Assembly: GCA_965262915.1 (NCBI GenBank) | Contig: OZ253564.1 | Location: forward strand, 3,328,001 to 3,392,000 | DNA: 64,000 nucleotides | DNA from: Candidatus Spongiisociaceae bacterium | Lineage (GTDB): Bacteria > Actinomycetota > Acidimicrobiia > Spongiisociales > Spongiisociaceae | Direction: 5' to 3' | Part shown: piece after piece, positions 9,898 to 19,910 of the stretch | How positions within the stretch are numbered: the first letter of the stretch is position 1 | Layout of the letters: the number at the start of each line of letters is the position of its first letter | The notes under the pieces: model-generated | What the model was told of the DNA's origin: nothing | Seen by the model: the letters and a program-made list of their open reading frames with translations, nothing else | Database searches by the model: none | Translations under genes and position numbers: made by a program

Positions 9898-10683
9898 TCA
9901 ACTCTCCGGGACGTCGTAGGTTTGGGCTGTGAGCGCCCCGTCGACGATCAGGTTGACCCCGCTGACGTACTTGGCGGCGTCGGATGCCAGATACAGGAAG
10001 GCTTCGGCTATGTCATCGTCGCCCGCAAGCCGGTTGGCAGGCACCACGGGGAAACCGTGCATGCGCCACTTCTCCATGAGTTCCTCACCGACCAGGTCGA
10101 CCGACTGCTGGGTGTCGGCGGGACCGGGGCTGACGCAATTGGCCCGGATCCCGTAAGGGGCGCATTCGACCGCTATCGCCCTCGCCAGTGACACCAGCGC
10201 CGCCTTGGACACGCAGTATGCGGTGAAACCCCGGCCGTGACCCAGCGCCACGATCGACGCGGTGAAGAGGATCACTCCCCCGCCCGTCTTCTTCATGGCC
10301 TGGGCAGCTTCGCGCGCCAGCACGAAATATGCATCGAGGTTGACCGACAGGATCCGTCTCCAATCGGAGGTTGTCATGTCGATGAAGGGCGCGTCGACCC
10401 ACGCCCCGGCGTTGGAGACCAGCACATCGAGTTTGGGATCGATGGCCAGGGCCTGCGCCATGGCCTCGGCGCAGTTGTCCATGTCCCCCATGTCCAGGCA
10501 GATCTTGTGGGGGACCGCTCCACGCGCCTCGATCGACGGGGCGGCGCCATCGAGGCGTTCCTGGTTGTAGTCGACCATGTACACGTGGTGGGCGCCCTCC
10601 TCGGCGAACCGCTGGGCGGTACGCCTCCCGAAGCCGCTCCCGGCACCGGTCACGAACACGTTCTTGCCTTCGAACCGCCTCAT
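9898..10683 (-). CDS. SDR family oxidoreductase
   Basis: TGAGSGFG, SNAG, YCVSK, GIRANCVSPG, VDG. Confidence 0.93.
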   Translation of the reverse strand: MRRFEGKNVFVTGAGSGFGRRTAQRFAEEGAHHVYMVDYNQERLDGAAPSIEARGAVPHKICLDMGDMDNCAEAMAQALAIDPKLDVLVSNAGAWVDAPFIDMTTSDWRRILSVNLDAYFVLAREAAQAMKKTGGGVILFTASIVALGHGRGFTAYCVSKAALVSLARAIAVECAPYGIRANCVSPGPADTQQSVDLVGEELMEKWRMHGFPVVPANRLAGDDDIAEAFLYLASDAAKYVSGVNLIVDGALTAQTYDVPES

Positions 10684-10685
10684 GT

Positions 10686-11045
10686 TCACTCCTTCCAGGT
10701 GGCCACAAGCCCCGGGCCACGGTCGGGCGGGGGCACGATGACATGCTCCTTGACCACCCAGAACGTTCCGGTCGTCTTGGCATAGTTGCCCACATCCTCC
10801 CAGGCCGCGGCGGCCTGGGGCGTCGCCGAAGCACGGTCCCATGCCTCGTCGTCGTCGTACCACTGCTCTACGAAAGCCTCGGTCTCCAACTCGCCGCCGA
10901 GCTTGCGGACGACTTCGGATACCACGTAACCCCGCAGTCCGGGCAGGGTGGCCGAGATGGGCGCGTGCACATCGAACCAGTAGTCGAAGAACTCCTTCGT
11001 CGTGAAGTCGTCCCGCTTGTACGCCGTCCCGATCAACTTGATCAC
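10686..11045 (-). CDS. EthD-domain protein
   Basis: MIKLI..KRDDFTTKEFFDYWFDVHAP..LPGLRGY; GGAGG RBS. Confidence 0.85.
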   Translation of the reverse strand: MIKLIGTAYKRDDFTTKEFFDYWFDVHAPISATLPGLRGYVVSEVVRKLGGELETEAFVEQWYDDDEAWDRASATPQAAAAWEDVGNYAKTTGTFWVVKEHVIVPPPDRGPGLVATWKE

Positions 11046-11204
11046 CCTCACCTCCGGGTCGCTCCGCCCGGAATCTATCAAACACAGTGCCGGCGGATCG
11101 CGCTCATGCCCAAGCCGAGAGCATTGCCCGCCGGATCCGGTGGCGAATGTCGGAGGTACGGGGTAGTTTCTTTCCACCAAGCCCTCGATCGCACGGAGAC
11201 AGCA

Positions 11205-11837
11205 GTGCCTGCACAGATCCATGCTCGGAAGTCGGAGCCGTTGCTCGGACGCGGCATCTACGACATCGCCGAGGCAGCGCGCATCGTCCGTAGACACCCC
11301 GAGACGGTTGCACGCTGGACGCGCAGCGAACATCCCCTACATCCGATTGACCATGACCGGATCATCTCTTTCCTGGACTTGATCAGCCTCTGGGTGATTT
11401 CCCAGTTGATCAGGCGCGGAGTATCTCGACGGGAGGTCAGGGCAGGAGGCGCCTACATTGCCCGTAAGGTGGGTACCGACTATCCCTATGCCCACCGGGA
11501 CCTGGCAACCGTAGGCGCCGGGTTCTTCGGTAATCTCGAGGCTTGGGTCGATGTAGGCAAAGGGGGCCAGGGTTCCTTCCCGCTGGTGATCGAAGGGCTA
11601 CTCGATCCGATCGAGTTCGGTGCAGACCGCCACGCTTCGATCTGGCGGCCCAGGAACGGGGTGTGGCTCAACCCCGACGTCCAGGCGGGCGCGCCATGTA
11701 TCGATGGGACCCGCGTTCCCACGAAGGTAGTGGCCGACCTCGAAGCTGCAGGTGAGCACCTCGATAACATCGCGAACGATCTGAATCTGGACGTCACGCA
11801 GGTAAGCGCTGCGTTGGAGTATGAACTCGCCGCGTGA
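11205..11837 (+). CDS. HTH + DUF433 protein (VapB45-like antitoxin)
   Basis: YDIAEAARIV..ETVARW N-terminus; NPDVQAGAPCIDGTRVPT..QVSAALEYE; start approximate. Confidence 0.85.
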   Translation: MPAQIHARKSEPLLGRGIYDIAEAARIVRRHPETVARWTRSEHPLHPIDHDRIISFLDLISLWVISQLIRRGVSRREVRAGGAYIARKVGTDYPYAHRDLATVGAGFFGNLEAWVDVGKGGQGSFPLVIEGLLDPIEFGADRHASIWRPRNGVWLNPDVQAGAPCIDGTRVPTKVVADLEAAGEHLDNIANDLNLDVTQVSAALEYELAA

Positions 11838-12351
11838 GCATCGGCGGCACCGGCGTGGGCGTCCTCGCGTTCGTCTCCTGTTCGATGAGAATCTTCCGTG
11901 GAGAGTGGCCAGCGCGCTGAGGGAACTCGGATACCGGGCGAGCTATGTCGGGCATCAAAGCGATGGTGCTCCCATAAGGGGCTCCTCCGACCGATTGATA
12001 CTCGACCATGCCCGCGCTACGAACCAGGTAGTGGTCACATCGAATCACGACATGATTCTGCTCTGCCTGGAGGGGGGAAGGTCGGTGGTATGGCTGGATC
12101 CCCGCGGGCGCCAGATCACGTGGGAAGAAATGGTCGTTCTGGTGTTTCGAGCAGCGCGCGAGTGGGACCGCATGTTAGCGAGCGCAACCGAACCGGTTTG
12201 CATCCGTACTCTACGAACCAAAAACGAAGCGTTGGGGACCGAACGCGCCATCCACATGGCGCAACAGCGAATGGGGCGGATAGCAGCGCGGGAACGCCGT
12301 AAGCCGAAGCCCAAACCACTCGGAACCTTGCTCGAAACCCCTGCCGACTGA
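11821..12351 (+). CDS. DUF5615 PIN-like protein (VapC45-like)
   Basis: RLLFDENLP..SDRLIL..VVVTSNHD; coupled to the DUF433 gene. Confidence 0.8.
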   Translation: MNSPREHRRHRRGRPRVRLLFDENLPWRVASALRELGYRASYVGHQSDGAPIRGSSDRLILDHARATNQVVVTSNHDMILLCLEGGRSVVWLDPRGRQITWEEMVVLVFRAAREWDRMLASATEPVCIRTLRTKNEALGTERAIHMAQQRMGRIAARERRKPKPKPLGTLLETPAD

Positions 12352-12556
12352 TCCCCGACAGCGAAGTCTATTCCAGGAACCGAGTTCTCGCGCTCGTACG
12401 CCCATAAGGACTCGCGTCCCCGTGTCTGCTCGGCGTGACCACTCAGGGAAGTCTGAGAACATGGACCAAGCCATCTCACCGTCTCGCTCCTGCAAATCCT
12501 ATGCGACGGCTCGCTCGTTTCGCTCAGCCCGTACACTCCGCACCGGGAGGATGACT

Positions 12557-14302
12557 ATGTTCGTCTGGACACCGGCCGCCCTTATCGAGAAGCTCCTGGC
12601 AGACCATCCCGACGCGCCCCTCACGGTGGCGGCCGGACAAGGCACCACCAACGGCCTCGCTTGGCTGGCTCGACGAAGCGGGAACCGCAGGATCAGGTTG
12701 TTGATCGGCAGTTGCCGGCCCGATCAATTCGAGGTTCCGAGACCGGAGGATCACGATGACGTGGTCGCCTTCCTGGACCGGTACGGCGTGGAGGTCCGGT
12801 GTTGGGACAGCGGGGACGGCACACACCCGCACGAAGAGCCGCCCCGGATTCCTGTCGAGGCGTGGATCGTGCATGCCCAACCCCGGCCCGTCGCCCTGGA
12901 CGGCCCCGCCAACCTGACCATTGCCAGCCTCTACGACAACCTTCGGCAGGTGACCCCCGTCGCGGAGAGCGGACTGGACGGGGTTCTCGACTCGATCCGA
13001 CGGATGGAGGAAGAGTCCCTGGAGGTGACGGACCGGGTCCGGGGCTACATCACGCCCACCAGAAGTCCCCGTCGCCGCTCGAGCGTGGCGACGGAGCCAC
13101 AGGGTCCGACGACAGGACGGGGACGGGGGTATGCCCGCATTGCCAGATGGACCGCTTACATCGCGGGTGCGGCTGCCGTCGCCACGATCCTCGTCATCGT
13201 CCTGAGGGGCGGGTTCGGCGACAGCCCCGATCAAGCCGAGCCGGTGACCACCGCGCCCTCCGCCGCCGCGGTCACGACCCTCACCTCCGGCACTGCGACA
13301 ACCCGATCCGTGACCACCACAGCGGCCGTCGCGGCGCCCTCCACGGCAGCTCCCCAGGATCCGCCGGTGACGTTGACGCCACTCGCCACCGCCTACCTCG
13401 AAGATCTGGCCGGGTTCAGGAAGACACTCGACGATCTGGTGGGCGAGATCAACAGGGTCAACCGTGCCTGGGACGATCGCGACGAGACCGGCGTCACATT
13501 CTCGGCTACCCAGTCGGCTCTCGTCGCCATCGCGGAGGAGGCTCGGGCCTTGAGTGACCAGGTGGAGAGCCAGAGCGTCCCCCCTTCGGTACGCGGAATC
13601 CACGGGGAACCGGGAGGACCTAACGAGCAGGCCACCAGGCTGGCCGCCCTCGCGGAGCAGGTCCTGGCAGGACTACGGATCCCGGCCCCCGACGACGGTT
13701 CGCGGAGGCAGGCCGCTCTCGAGGACTTCAACGCCGCCGCCGCCGACTTCGGCAGCAGCGTGGACCGTATGGTCCGCTACGTGGACGAGAACGCCGAGGC
13801 GCTCGGTCTCGCCGTGATCGACCAGAGCCCGACCGGCGCCGCTCCACCGGATGCCGACCTGCCGGACGAGGCCGCCGCCTACGTCGATGCTCTCACCCGG
13901 TTCAAGGAGGTCCTGGCCGGGCTGGCGGGCGAGATGAACGCCGTCAACGCCGCATGGGACGACCGCACCGACACGGGTGTCACCTATACCGAGACCGCAT
14001 CCTCACTGGTCGACATCACCGAACGTGCGGAAACCTTCCGGGACCAGGTACGGGATCACCCCGCCGCGGGCATTCTCACGACGCTCGCGCAAGGACCGCC
14101 CCGGGAAGCGGCGCTCATCGCGCGGAGCGCAGCCGAAGTACTGGCGGGACTACGCATCCCGGCCCCCGACACAGGCTCCGAACGTCGCGCGGCCCTTGAC
14201 GACTTCAATGCTGCCGCCGAAGCGTTCAACGCGAGCGTCGACCTCGTCGTCTCCGACGTCTACGCAGAGGCCTCTTCGAGCAGTCTCGCCGGGGACGGCT
14301 AG
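12557..14302 (+). CDS. Membrane protein: degenerate PLD-like domain, TM helix, Thr/Ala linker, two copies of an unknown helical domain
   Basis: PRIPVEAWIV..ALDGPANLT..LYDN; TM IAGAAAVATILVIVL; repeats containing WDDRxxTGVT and GLRIPAPD. Confidence 0.75.
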   Translation: MFVWTPAALIEKLLADHPDAPLTVAAGQGTTNGLAWLARRSGNRRIRLLIGSCRPDQFEVPRPEDHDDVVAFLDRYGVEVRCWDSGDGTHPHEEPPRIPVEAWIVHAQPRPVALDGPANLTIASLYDNLRQVTPVAESGLDGVLDSIRRMEEESLEVTDRVRGYITPTRSPRRRSSVATEPQGPTTGRGRGYARIARWTAYIAGAAAVATILVIVLRGGFGDSPDQAEPVTTAPSAAAVTTLTSGTATTRSVTTTAAVAAPSTAAPQDPPVTLTPLATAYLEDLAGFRKTLDDLVGEINRVNRAWDDRDETGVTFSATQSALVAIAEEARALSDQVESQSVPPSVRGIHGEPGGPNEQATRLAALAEQVLAGLRIPAPDDGSRRQAALEDFNAAAADFGSSVDRMVRYVDENAEALGLAVIDQSPTGAAPPDADLPDEAAAYVDALTRFKEVLAGLAGEMNAVNAAWDDRTDTGVTYTETASSLVDITERAETFRDQVRDHPAAGILTTLAQGPPREAALIARSAAEVLAGLRIPAPDTGSERRAALDDFNAAAEAFNASVDLVVSDVYAEASSSSLAGDG

Positions 14303-14529
14303 GCCCGAGTCCCGGTCCGGTGTGCTCGCCGGGGGCCTGCCGGGCACCGGCACGTCAAGGGTCTTGGCGCCTCTCCGCAATCGGCAAAGCCGGTTGGAGG
14401 ACCGACCAGGAACTCCGCCGACCATATATATAGGGAAGCGCCCTGTCGCGCCTCAGGCTCCCGTCGGAACGAGTGATTGGCGCGGCTGCCGGCCACATCC
14501 GGGATATGATCACGGCGTCGCAACGATGA

Positions 14530-14545
14530 GGTTGATCAATCAACC
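14530..14545. promoter_or_regulatory. Possible operator, inverted repeat GGTTGAT-CA-ATCAACC
   Basis: Perfect 7-bp arms in the intergenic region upstream of the second repeat protein. Confidence 0.3.
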
Positions 14546-14684
14546 GGAAGGTCGAGAACCTCATGAGAGAGTCTCCGCATGTCGAAGATCAGATTCGCCA
14601 CGCATCCCCCCAATCGAACCCCGCAACCCGGACAGGCCGTAAGTGACGCCGTCCGGAGGCGGAGGCCGGCCGGGTCGCAGCCGT

Positions 14685-15905
14685 ATGGGGATAGGCAGAG
14701 GTCGCAGGAAACCGGGCCCCAAATCGCCCCGCAAGAAGGGCCTCTGGAAGACCTATTACGCCCACATCGTCTTCGCGCTGGTCGTGGTGGGGGTGCTCGT
14801 GTTCATCTTCACCAGGGAGGACTCCGAGCCGACCGAACCGAGCCCCACTACGACCACCGCCACGGTGGCGACCACCGGAGCCACCCAGACTCCGGACACA
14901 ACGGTCCCCCCGACGACGACCACCGTGTCGAGTGCGGCCGTCGCCACAACGGTGACCACCGCACCTCCCGAGCCTCCCCGAGCGGTCGACCAACCCACCA
15001 TGTCCTACATGGAAGGACTGGCCGGGTTCAAGCAGACGCTGGCAGGGTTGGTAGAGGAGAGCACCGCCGCCAGCCAGGCGTGGGACAACCGCACCGAGAC
15101 CGGCGCCACCTACAGGGAAACGTCATCGATTCTCGTCGATGTCGTGGAGAGGACCCGGGCCTTCGCGGAAGCGGTGAGAGACCACCCGGTCCCGTCTTCG
15201 CTCGTGACGGCCCACGAAGGGTCGGACGGACCCGTCGAGCAAGCCGCCCGGCTGGTTCCGTTGGCAGAGGCGGTATTGGCCGGACTCCGCCTACCCTCCC
15301 CCGACGACGGGTCGACGAGGCGGGCTGCGGTCGCCGACTTCAGCGCCGCCGCCGATGACTTCGACGCGAGCGTCGACAGGGTCACCGCCCCTATGGACGA
15401 CCGCGCCGAGGACCGCGAGGTCACCGGCGACGAGCAAGCCGCCCCGACGACCGTACCCGAACCGTCGGAGGAAGCAACCACCTACATCGAAGGGCTGTCC
15501 GGGTTCAAGGACACCCTGGCGGAGTTGGTAGCGGCGGCCAACGCGGCCAACCAGGATTGGGACAACCGGACCGAATCCGGTGTCACGTACCGGGAGACCG
15601 CCACCGCCCTGATCGGGATCACCCAGCAGGCCCGGTCCTTCCGCGAGCAGGTACGGGACCATCCGGTTCCCGGCCCTGTCGCAACACTCGGCCGCGGACC
15701 GGTAGACCAGGCCGCCAGACTGGTGTCCCTGGCGGACGCGGTGCTCGAAGGGCTTCGGATACCCGCCCCCGAGGACGGGTCGGTCCGGCGGGCCGCGCTG
15801 GCCGACTTCAACACCGCCGCCGATGACTTCGCCGCCGGAGTGGACGGGGTGATCCGCCACATCGAGGAGAACTTCGAGGCACTGGGGCTGGTGCAGGACG
15901 GCTAG
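14685..15905 (+). CDS. Membrane-anchored protein with two copies of the same helical domain
   Basis: Basic N-terminus, TM IVFALVVVGVLVFIF, Thr/Pro linker, repeats WDNRTExGxTYRET..GLRxPxPxDGS. Confidence 0.8.
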   Translation: MGIGRGRRKPGPKSPRKKGLWKTYYAHIVFALVVVGVLVFIFTREDSEPTEPSPTTTTATVATTGATQTPDTTVPPTTTTVSSAAVATTVTTAPPEPPRAVDQPTMSYMEGLAGFKQTLAGLVEESTAASQAWDNRTETGATYRETSSILVDVVERTRAFAEAVRDHPVPSSLVTAHEGSDGPVEQAARLVPLAEAVLAGLRLPSPDDGSTRRAAVADFSAAADDFDASVDRVTAPMDDRAEDREVTGDEQAAPTTVPEPSEEATTYIEGLSGFKDTLAELVAAANAANQDWDNRTESGVTYRETATALIGITQQARSFREQVRDHPVPGPVATLGRGPVDQAARLVSLADAVLEGLRIPAPEDGSVRRAALADFNTAADDFAAGVDGVIRHIEENFEALGLVQDG

Positions 15906-16106
15906 CGGTCAGTACGCGAGACAACCTGCGGTGCGCTGCTTGTTACGGAGCCATTCCGCGAAAAGCACGCCGAGGTCACCCCTACCATCACCTCCCTCCC
16001 CGCCGGGTGACGGCCGCACCATCCCTCCCGAACGCGCTCCGGCGAGCCCCGCCCTCCGCAGAGCCGGCCCGCCCCGATAACCTGATCGAGAGGAAAGGTG
16101 TGCGCA

Positions 16107-17462
16107 ATGGTTGACCGGATGGTTGTCATAGGTGGGGACGCCGCCGGAATGTCCGCGGCGAGCCAGGCCCGACGGCGCAGGCCGGCGGACGACCTCGAGA
16201 TCATCGCCCTGGAACGTTCGAGTTGGGTGAGCTACTCGGCGTGCGGTGAGCCGTACTACGTGGCCGGTTACGTCGAGCCGCTCCAGCGGTTGGTGGCGAG
16301 GACACCCGAGAGGTTCGCCCAGATGGACATCGAAGTGCGAACCCGCCACGAGGCAACCGCCATCGACCTGGACCGGCGGAGAGTCTCGGTCACCGCGCTC
16401 GACTCGGGTGAGCGGAGCGAGCTCGGCTTCGACACTCTGATGATCGGGACCGGTGCACGGCCGCTCCGGCCGCCCATAGGTGGGGCGCATCTCCCCGGGG
16501 TGTTCGGACTCCACACCCTCGACGACGCCGTCGCGCTCCGGACCGCCGCCGATGCCGGACCTGGAAACGCGGTGGTGGTGGGCGGCGGGTATGTCGGGCT
16601 GGAGGCGGCCGAGGCATTTCACAGCCGGGGATGGAAGGTGACCATCCTGACCTCCGGCAAGGCAGTGCTCGACCGTACCCTCGATCCCGACCTCGGATCG
16701 CAGGTGGTGTCGGCGATCGAGAAGATGGGTATCCGGGTGGTCACCGGAACCCGGGTGGAGTGCATCAACGGCGCCGACCGGGTGGAGAGCGTCGGATGCG
16801 ATGACGAGACCCATCCGGCGGAGGTGGTGGTGCTCGGACTGGGTTTCCGCCCCGAGTCGAGCCTGGCCGCGCAAGCCGGTATCGGACTCGGCCCTACCGG
16901 CGCCATATCGGTGGACGACCGCCAGCGAACCGACGCCGACGGTGTCTGGGCGGGCGGCGACTGCGCCGAGGCCGCTCATCGGTTGACCCGACGGCCGGTC
17001 AACTTCCATCTGGGCACGGTCGCCAACAAGGCGGGACGGGTGGCGGGTATCAACATCGGGGGGGGAGACGCCCGCTTCCCCGGCGTGCTCGGAACCGCTA
17101 TCACAAAGGTCTGCGACCTCGAGATATCCTCCACCGGCCTCCGGCTGCCCGACGCGGCCGCCGCCGGATACGACGCTGTGGTCGGCGACGCCCACGGATC
17201 CACCACGGCCGGATACTGGCCCACGGCGTCTCCGATGACCATCAGGGTGGTGGCAGAGCGAATCGGCGGTCGCATCCTGGGCGCCCAGGTGGTCGGCGGG
17301 CCGGGCGCCGGCAAGCGGATCGACGTGTTCGCCACCGCCATCTGGAACGGGATGACCGCCGAGGACCTCGCCTGGGCCGACCTGGCCTACGCTCCGCCCT
17401 TCTCGGGGGTCTGGGACCTCATCCACATCGCCGCCCGCCGCGCCGCCCTCCGGACCTCCTGA
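16107..17462 (+). CDS. FAD-dependent CoA-disulfide reductase / NADH oxidase family protein
   Basis: IGGDAAGMSAA, SYSACG redox Cys, GGGYVGLE, AGGDC, DLAYAPPFS. Confidence 0.92.
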   Translation: MVDRMVVIGGDAAGMSAASQARRRRPADDLEIIALERSSWVSYSACGEPYYVAGYVEPLQRLVARTPERFAQMDIEVRTRHEATAIDLDRRRVSVTALDSGERSELGFDTLMIGTGARPLRPPIGGAHLPGVFGLHTLDDAVALRTAADAGPGNAVVVGGGYVGLEAAEAFHSRGWKVTILTSGKAVLDRTLDPDLGSQVVSAIEKMGIRVVTGTRVECINGADRVESVGCDDETHPAEVVVLGLGFRPESSLAAQAGIGLGPTGAISVDDRQRTDADGVWAGGDCAEAAHRLTRRPVNFHLGTVANKAGRVAGINIGGGDARFPGVLGTAITKVCDLEISSTGLRLPDAAAAGYDAVVGDAHGSTTAGYWPTASPMTIRVVAERIGGRILGAQVVGGPGAGKRIDVFATAIWNGMTAEDLAWADLAYAPPFSGVWDLIHIAARRAALRTS

Positions 17463-17701
17463 AGCTCCTATCCGGATCCGGACGCGCACGCGGCCGACCT
17501 CGACCCTCTCGCCCTGCCTGCATCACCGCAGGATTGCGCGCCGATGAAGCTCGGTCCTGCCCCGATCGGCTGGTCACCGGTGCGCATATGGCCGCCTCCA
17601 TGCACCGGGCCCTCACGACACCCGGAACACTGACCCACACGACACCCCGCAACACCACCCGCCTCGTCCCGTCCGGTCCTGGCAGCGGCGTCTCTTGAAT
17701 G

Positions 17702-19450
17702 TCACCTACGAGGGAGCAGGGAGAAGACGACCGACACCCGGGTATACCCGTTGTCGGTGGTGGAACCGACCGCGACGGCGCCGAGACCCTCCGACAGTAC
17801 CCCGTGCAAGTCGTCGTCTAAGTGGGCGGGGTTCAACTCGCCGATGATGCGCGGGCTGTTCACGTAGGCGAGGAAGAAGAGGCTGTCCGGCAGGTGCTCA
17901 ACGGTGCGCCGGTACTCGTCGGTGTCGGAGAGCCGGTCCCCGCGGCGTTCCTGGAGCGCGACGGAGATCTCGAGGGCCTTCTCGCTGGTCGCCAGCGTCA
18001 GGTAGCCGTCGTGCAGGACGTAGCCCGGCGAGAGGCTCCAACCGGTCTGCCTGAGAATGTGGGCATCGTTGTCGGCGCCCACTTCGATCCGTTCCGGGGA
18101 CTCCCCGGTCGGCGAGACGACCAACTCGAACAGGTCGCCGACCGTCGTAGCGAGTTCCTCCTCCCGTCCGGGTCGGTAGGACAGGATCGCCACACCGTCC
18201 ACCGGATTCGCGGACCGGTCGCTGTCGAGGTCGACATCGTGGACAGCGACCACTACGTCACCCCGCAGATGGTCGAGCAGATCCTCTTCCGGGTCGAAAC
18301 CGGCCATCTGCTCCACAGCCCACAGACCCAGGTCCAGGAGATCCGCCAGGGTCGCACCGGCGCCTGGCTCCGGAGCATCATCCGCCGACCACAGGTCGAA
18401 CCACCCGGACCGATCGTTCCGACCAGGAACCAAGTCCGCTACAGAGCAGCGGCCCAGGGAGTCGCGCCAGTTGTCGACATCGGGATCGAAGATCGCCGCC
18501 ACGAACCCGAGGCTGTCGGCCGGGAGCAGGTCAGCACTATCGCCGAGATCAGTCGGGTCCACCCACCAATCGATCACGGTCGGGGTCATCACGTCCACGA
18601 CCAGGCCGCGGTCCACCCATCCCGCCGAGCCCATGACCCGGTCAGGCGTCTCGAACAAGCCTCCACCGCACACATCACCGCCCCGGCCATCGCCACCCCA
18701 CCCATTGCCGATGATGTCGACCACCCGTCCGTAATCGACGTAGAACGACGCGAAGCGCCCGTCCGGAAGGGCGGCCCGCGCCCGGGCGAAGTCCGCATCC
18801 GAGTCGAGGGTGCGGGGATGGTCGCCCGAAGCACGCTCAAGGACCTGCTCGAGGGATCGCCTCGTCGACGCCGCCACGAGGAGGTCCTCGGTCAGCGCAT
18901 AGAATTGTTCACCGTCCTCCCCCATCCAGGCCTCATACCCGTTGACAGCTTCCCGGACGAACGACGTCGAATGTTCGGCCCTCAGGTACTCCAGCCATCC
19001 CGCCAGGAACCCGCCAGCCGCAACCCGGTCGCGTACCGCAACGGTGATAGCGCCTTCGACCCTTCCGCCATCGACGTTCACGTCGAAGAGGGCCGCCGAG
19101 ACCTCGCCTCCGAACCAGTCACCGACCTGTGAGACGTCGATCCGCGTCTCGCGGTTGATCTGTTCCTCGAAACGGTCCAGCCATCGCCCGAACCCGGGCA
19201 TCTGGTCGAATTGCTCCCAGGTCTCGGTCATATACGTACGCTGGTTCCCCGACGGCGACAGGGTCAGCCAGAGGTAGGCCACGACATCGGGGGGGTAGTA
19301 CCGAGCCGAATGTTCCGGTGGCGTGGTGCCCCAGGGAGCGACCCGGCTAGCGACGTATAGTGCCGAGCCGACCACAAGCGCGGTGACGATCGATACGAAG
19401 ATGACCGCCCCACGACGGGAGGCGCTCTCTGAGGTCGAGTCATCGGCCAT
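17702..19450 (-). CDS. DUF3352-like secreted/membrane protein
   Basis: N-terminal TM, SARYYPPDVVAY, WFGGEVSAAL, two-lobed repeat pattern. Confidence 0.65.
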   Translation of the reverse strand: MADDSTSESASRRGAVIFVSIVTALVVGSALYVASRVAPWGTTPPEHSARYYPPDVVAYLWLTLSPSGNQRTYMTETWEQFDQMPGFGRWLDRFEEQINRETRIDVSQVGDWFGGEVSAALFDVNVDGGRVEGAITVAVRDRVAAGGFLAGWLEYLRAEHSTSFVREAVNGYEAWMGEDGEQFYALTEDLLVAASTRRSLEQVLERASGDHPRTLDSDADFARARAALPDGRFASFYVDYGRVVDIIGNGWGGDGRGGDVCGGGLFETPDRVMGSAGWVDRGLVVDVMTPTVIDWWVDPTDLGDSADLLPADSLGFVAAIFDPDVDNWRDSLGRCSVADLVPGRNDRSGWFDLWSADDAPEPGAGATLADLLDLGLWAVEQMAGFDPEEDLLDHLRGDVVVAVHDVDLDSDRSANPVDGVAILSYRPGREEELATTVGDLFELVVSPTGESPERIEVGADNDAHILRQTGWSLSPGYVLHDGYLTLATSEKALEISVALQERRGDRLSDTDEYRRTVEHLPDSLFFLAYVNSPRIIGELNPAHLDDDLHGVLSEGLGAVAVGSTTDNGYTRVSVVFSLLPRR

Positions 19451-19544
19451 GAACCACTCAGTTTACCCGGACAAGTCCCGTACCACCGATGACGCCCTAC
19501 CACGAGAGGTAACGCCGGCTGCCGCTGCCATGCTCGCGCATACC

Positions 19545-19680
19545 CGCCGGCTGCCGGCCCACCGCGTCGCCGATGACCATCCAGTCGTGGCCGAACTGGT
19601 CTGCGGACACATCCCCGGCGCCCGGGGCCTCCGCGGACCGGGCGCCGGAAAACGGATCGACGTGTTCGCCACCGCCATCC
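19545..19680 (+). pseudogene. Degenerate duplicated fragment of the CoA-disulfide reductase 3' region
   Basis: GPGAGKRIDVFATAI identical in protein to ~17300-17345; the upstream CCGATGACCATC segment also aligns with ~17232. Confidence 0.75.
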
Positions 19681-19910
19681 AGACCTGTTGACGTACCGCG
19701 TCCACGGCTGCACCGCCAGGCCGGCAAGCCTGCTCCCCAACTTCGGAGACCCCTTCCCGGGAACACGCCCCGTGTCCCCGTCGTTCGACTCTCCGGTTGT
19801 CGATAGACGGACGACGGGTCGAATAACACGTGTGTAAATACCACTGGTGTGACTATCGGCGGTGTATCCTTGCGGTGTCTGGTACCGAAGGATCGTCGGC
19901 GAGAAGTGAC

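Noticed and set aside
14303-14640. Possible c-di-GMP-type riboswitch (GGCAAAGCC)
   Set aside because: Only a short match; the rest of the consensus architecture is not visible.
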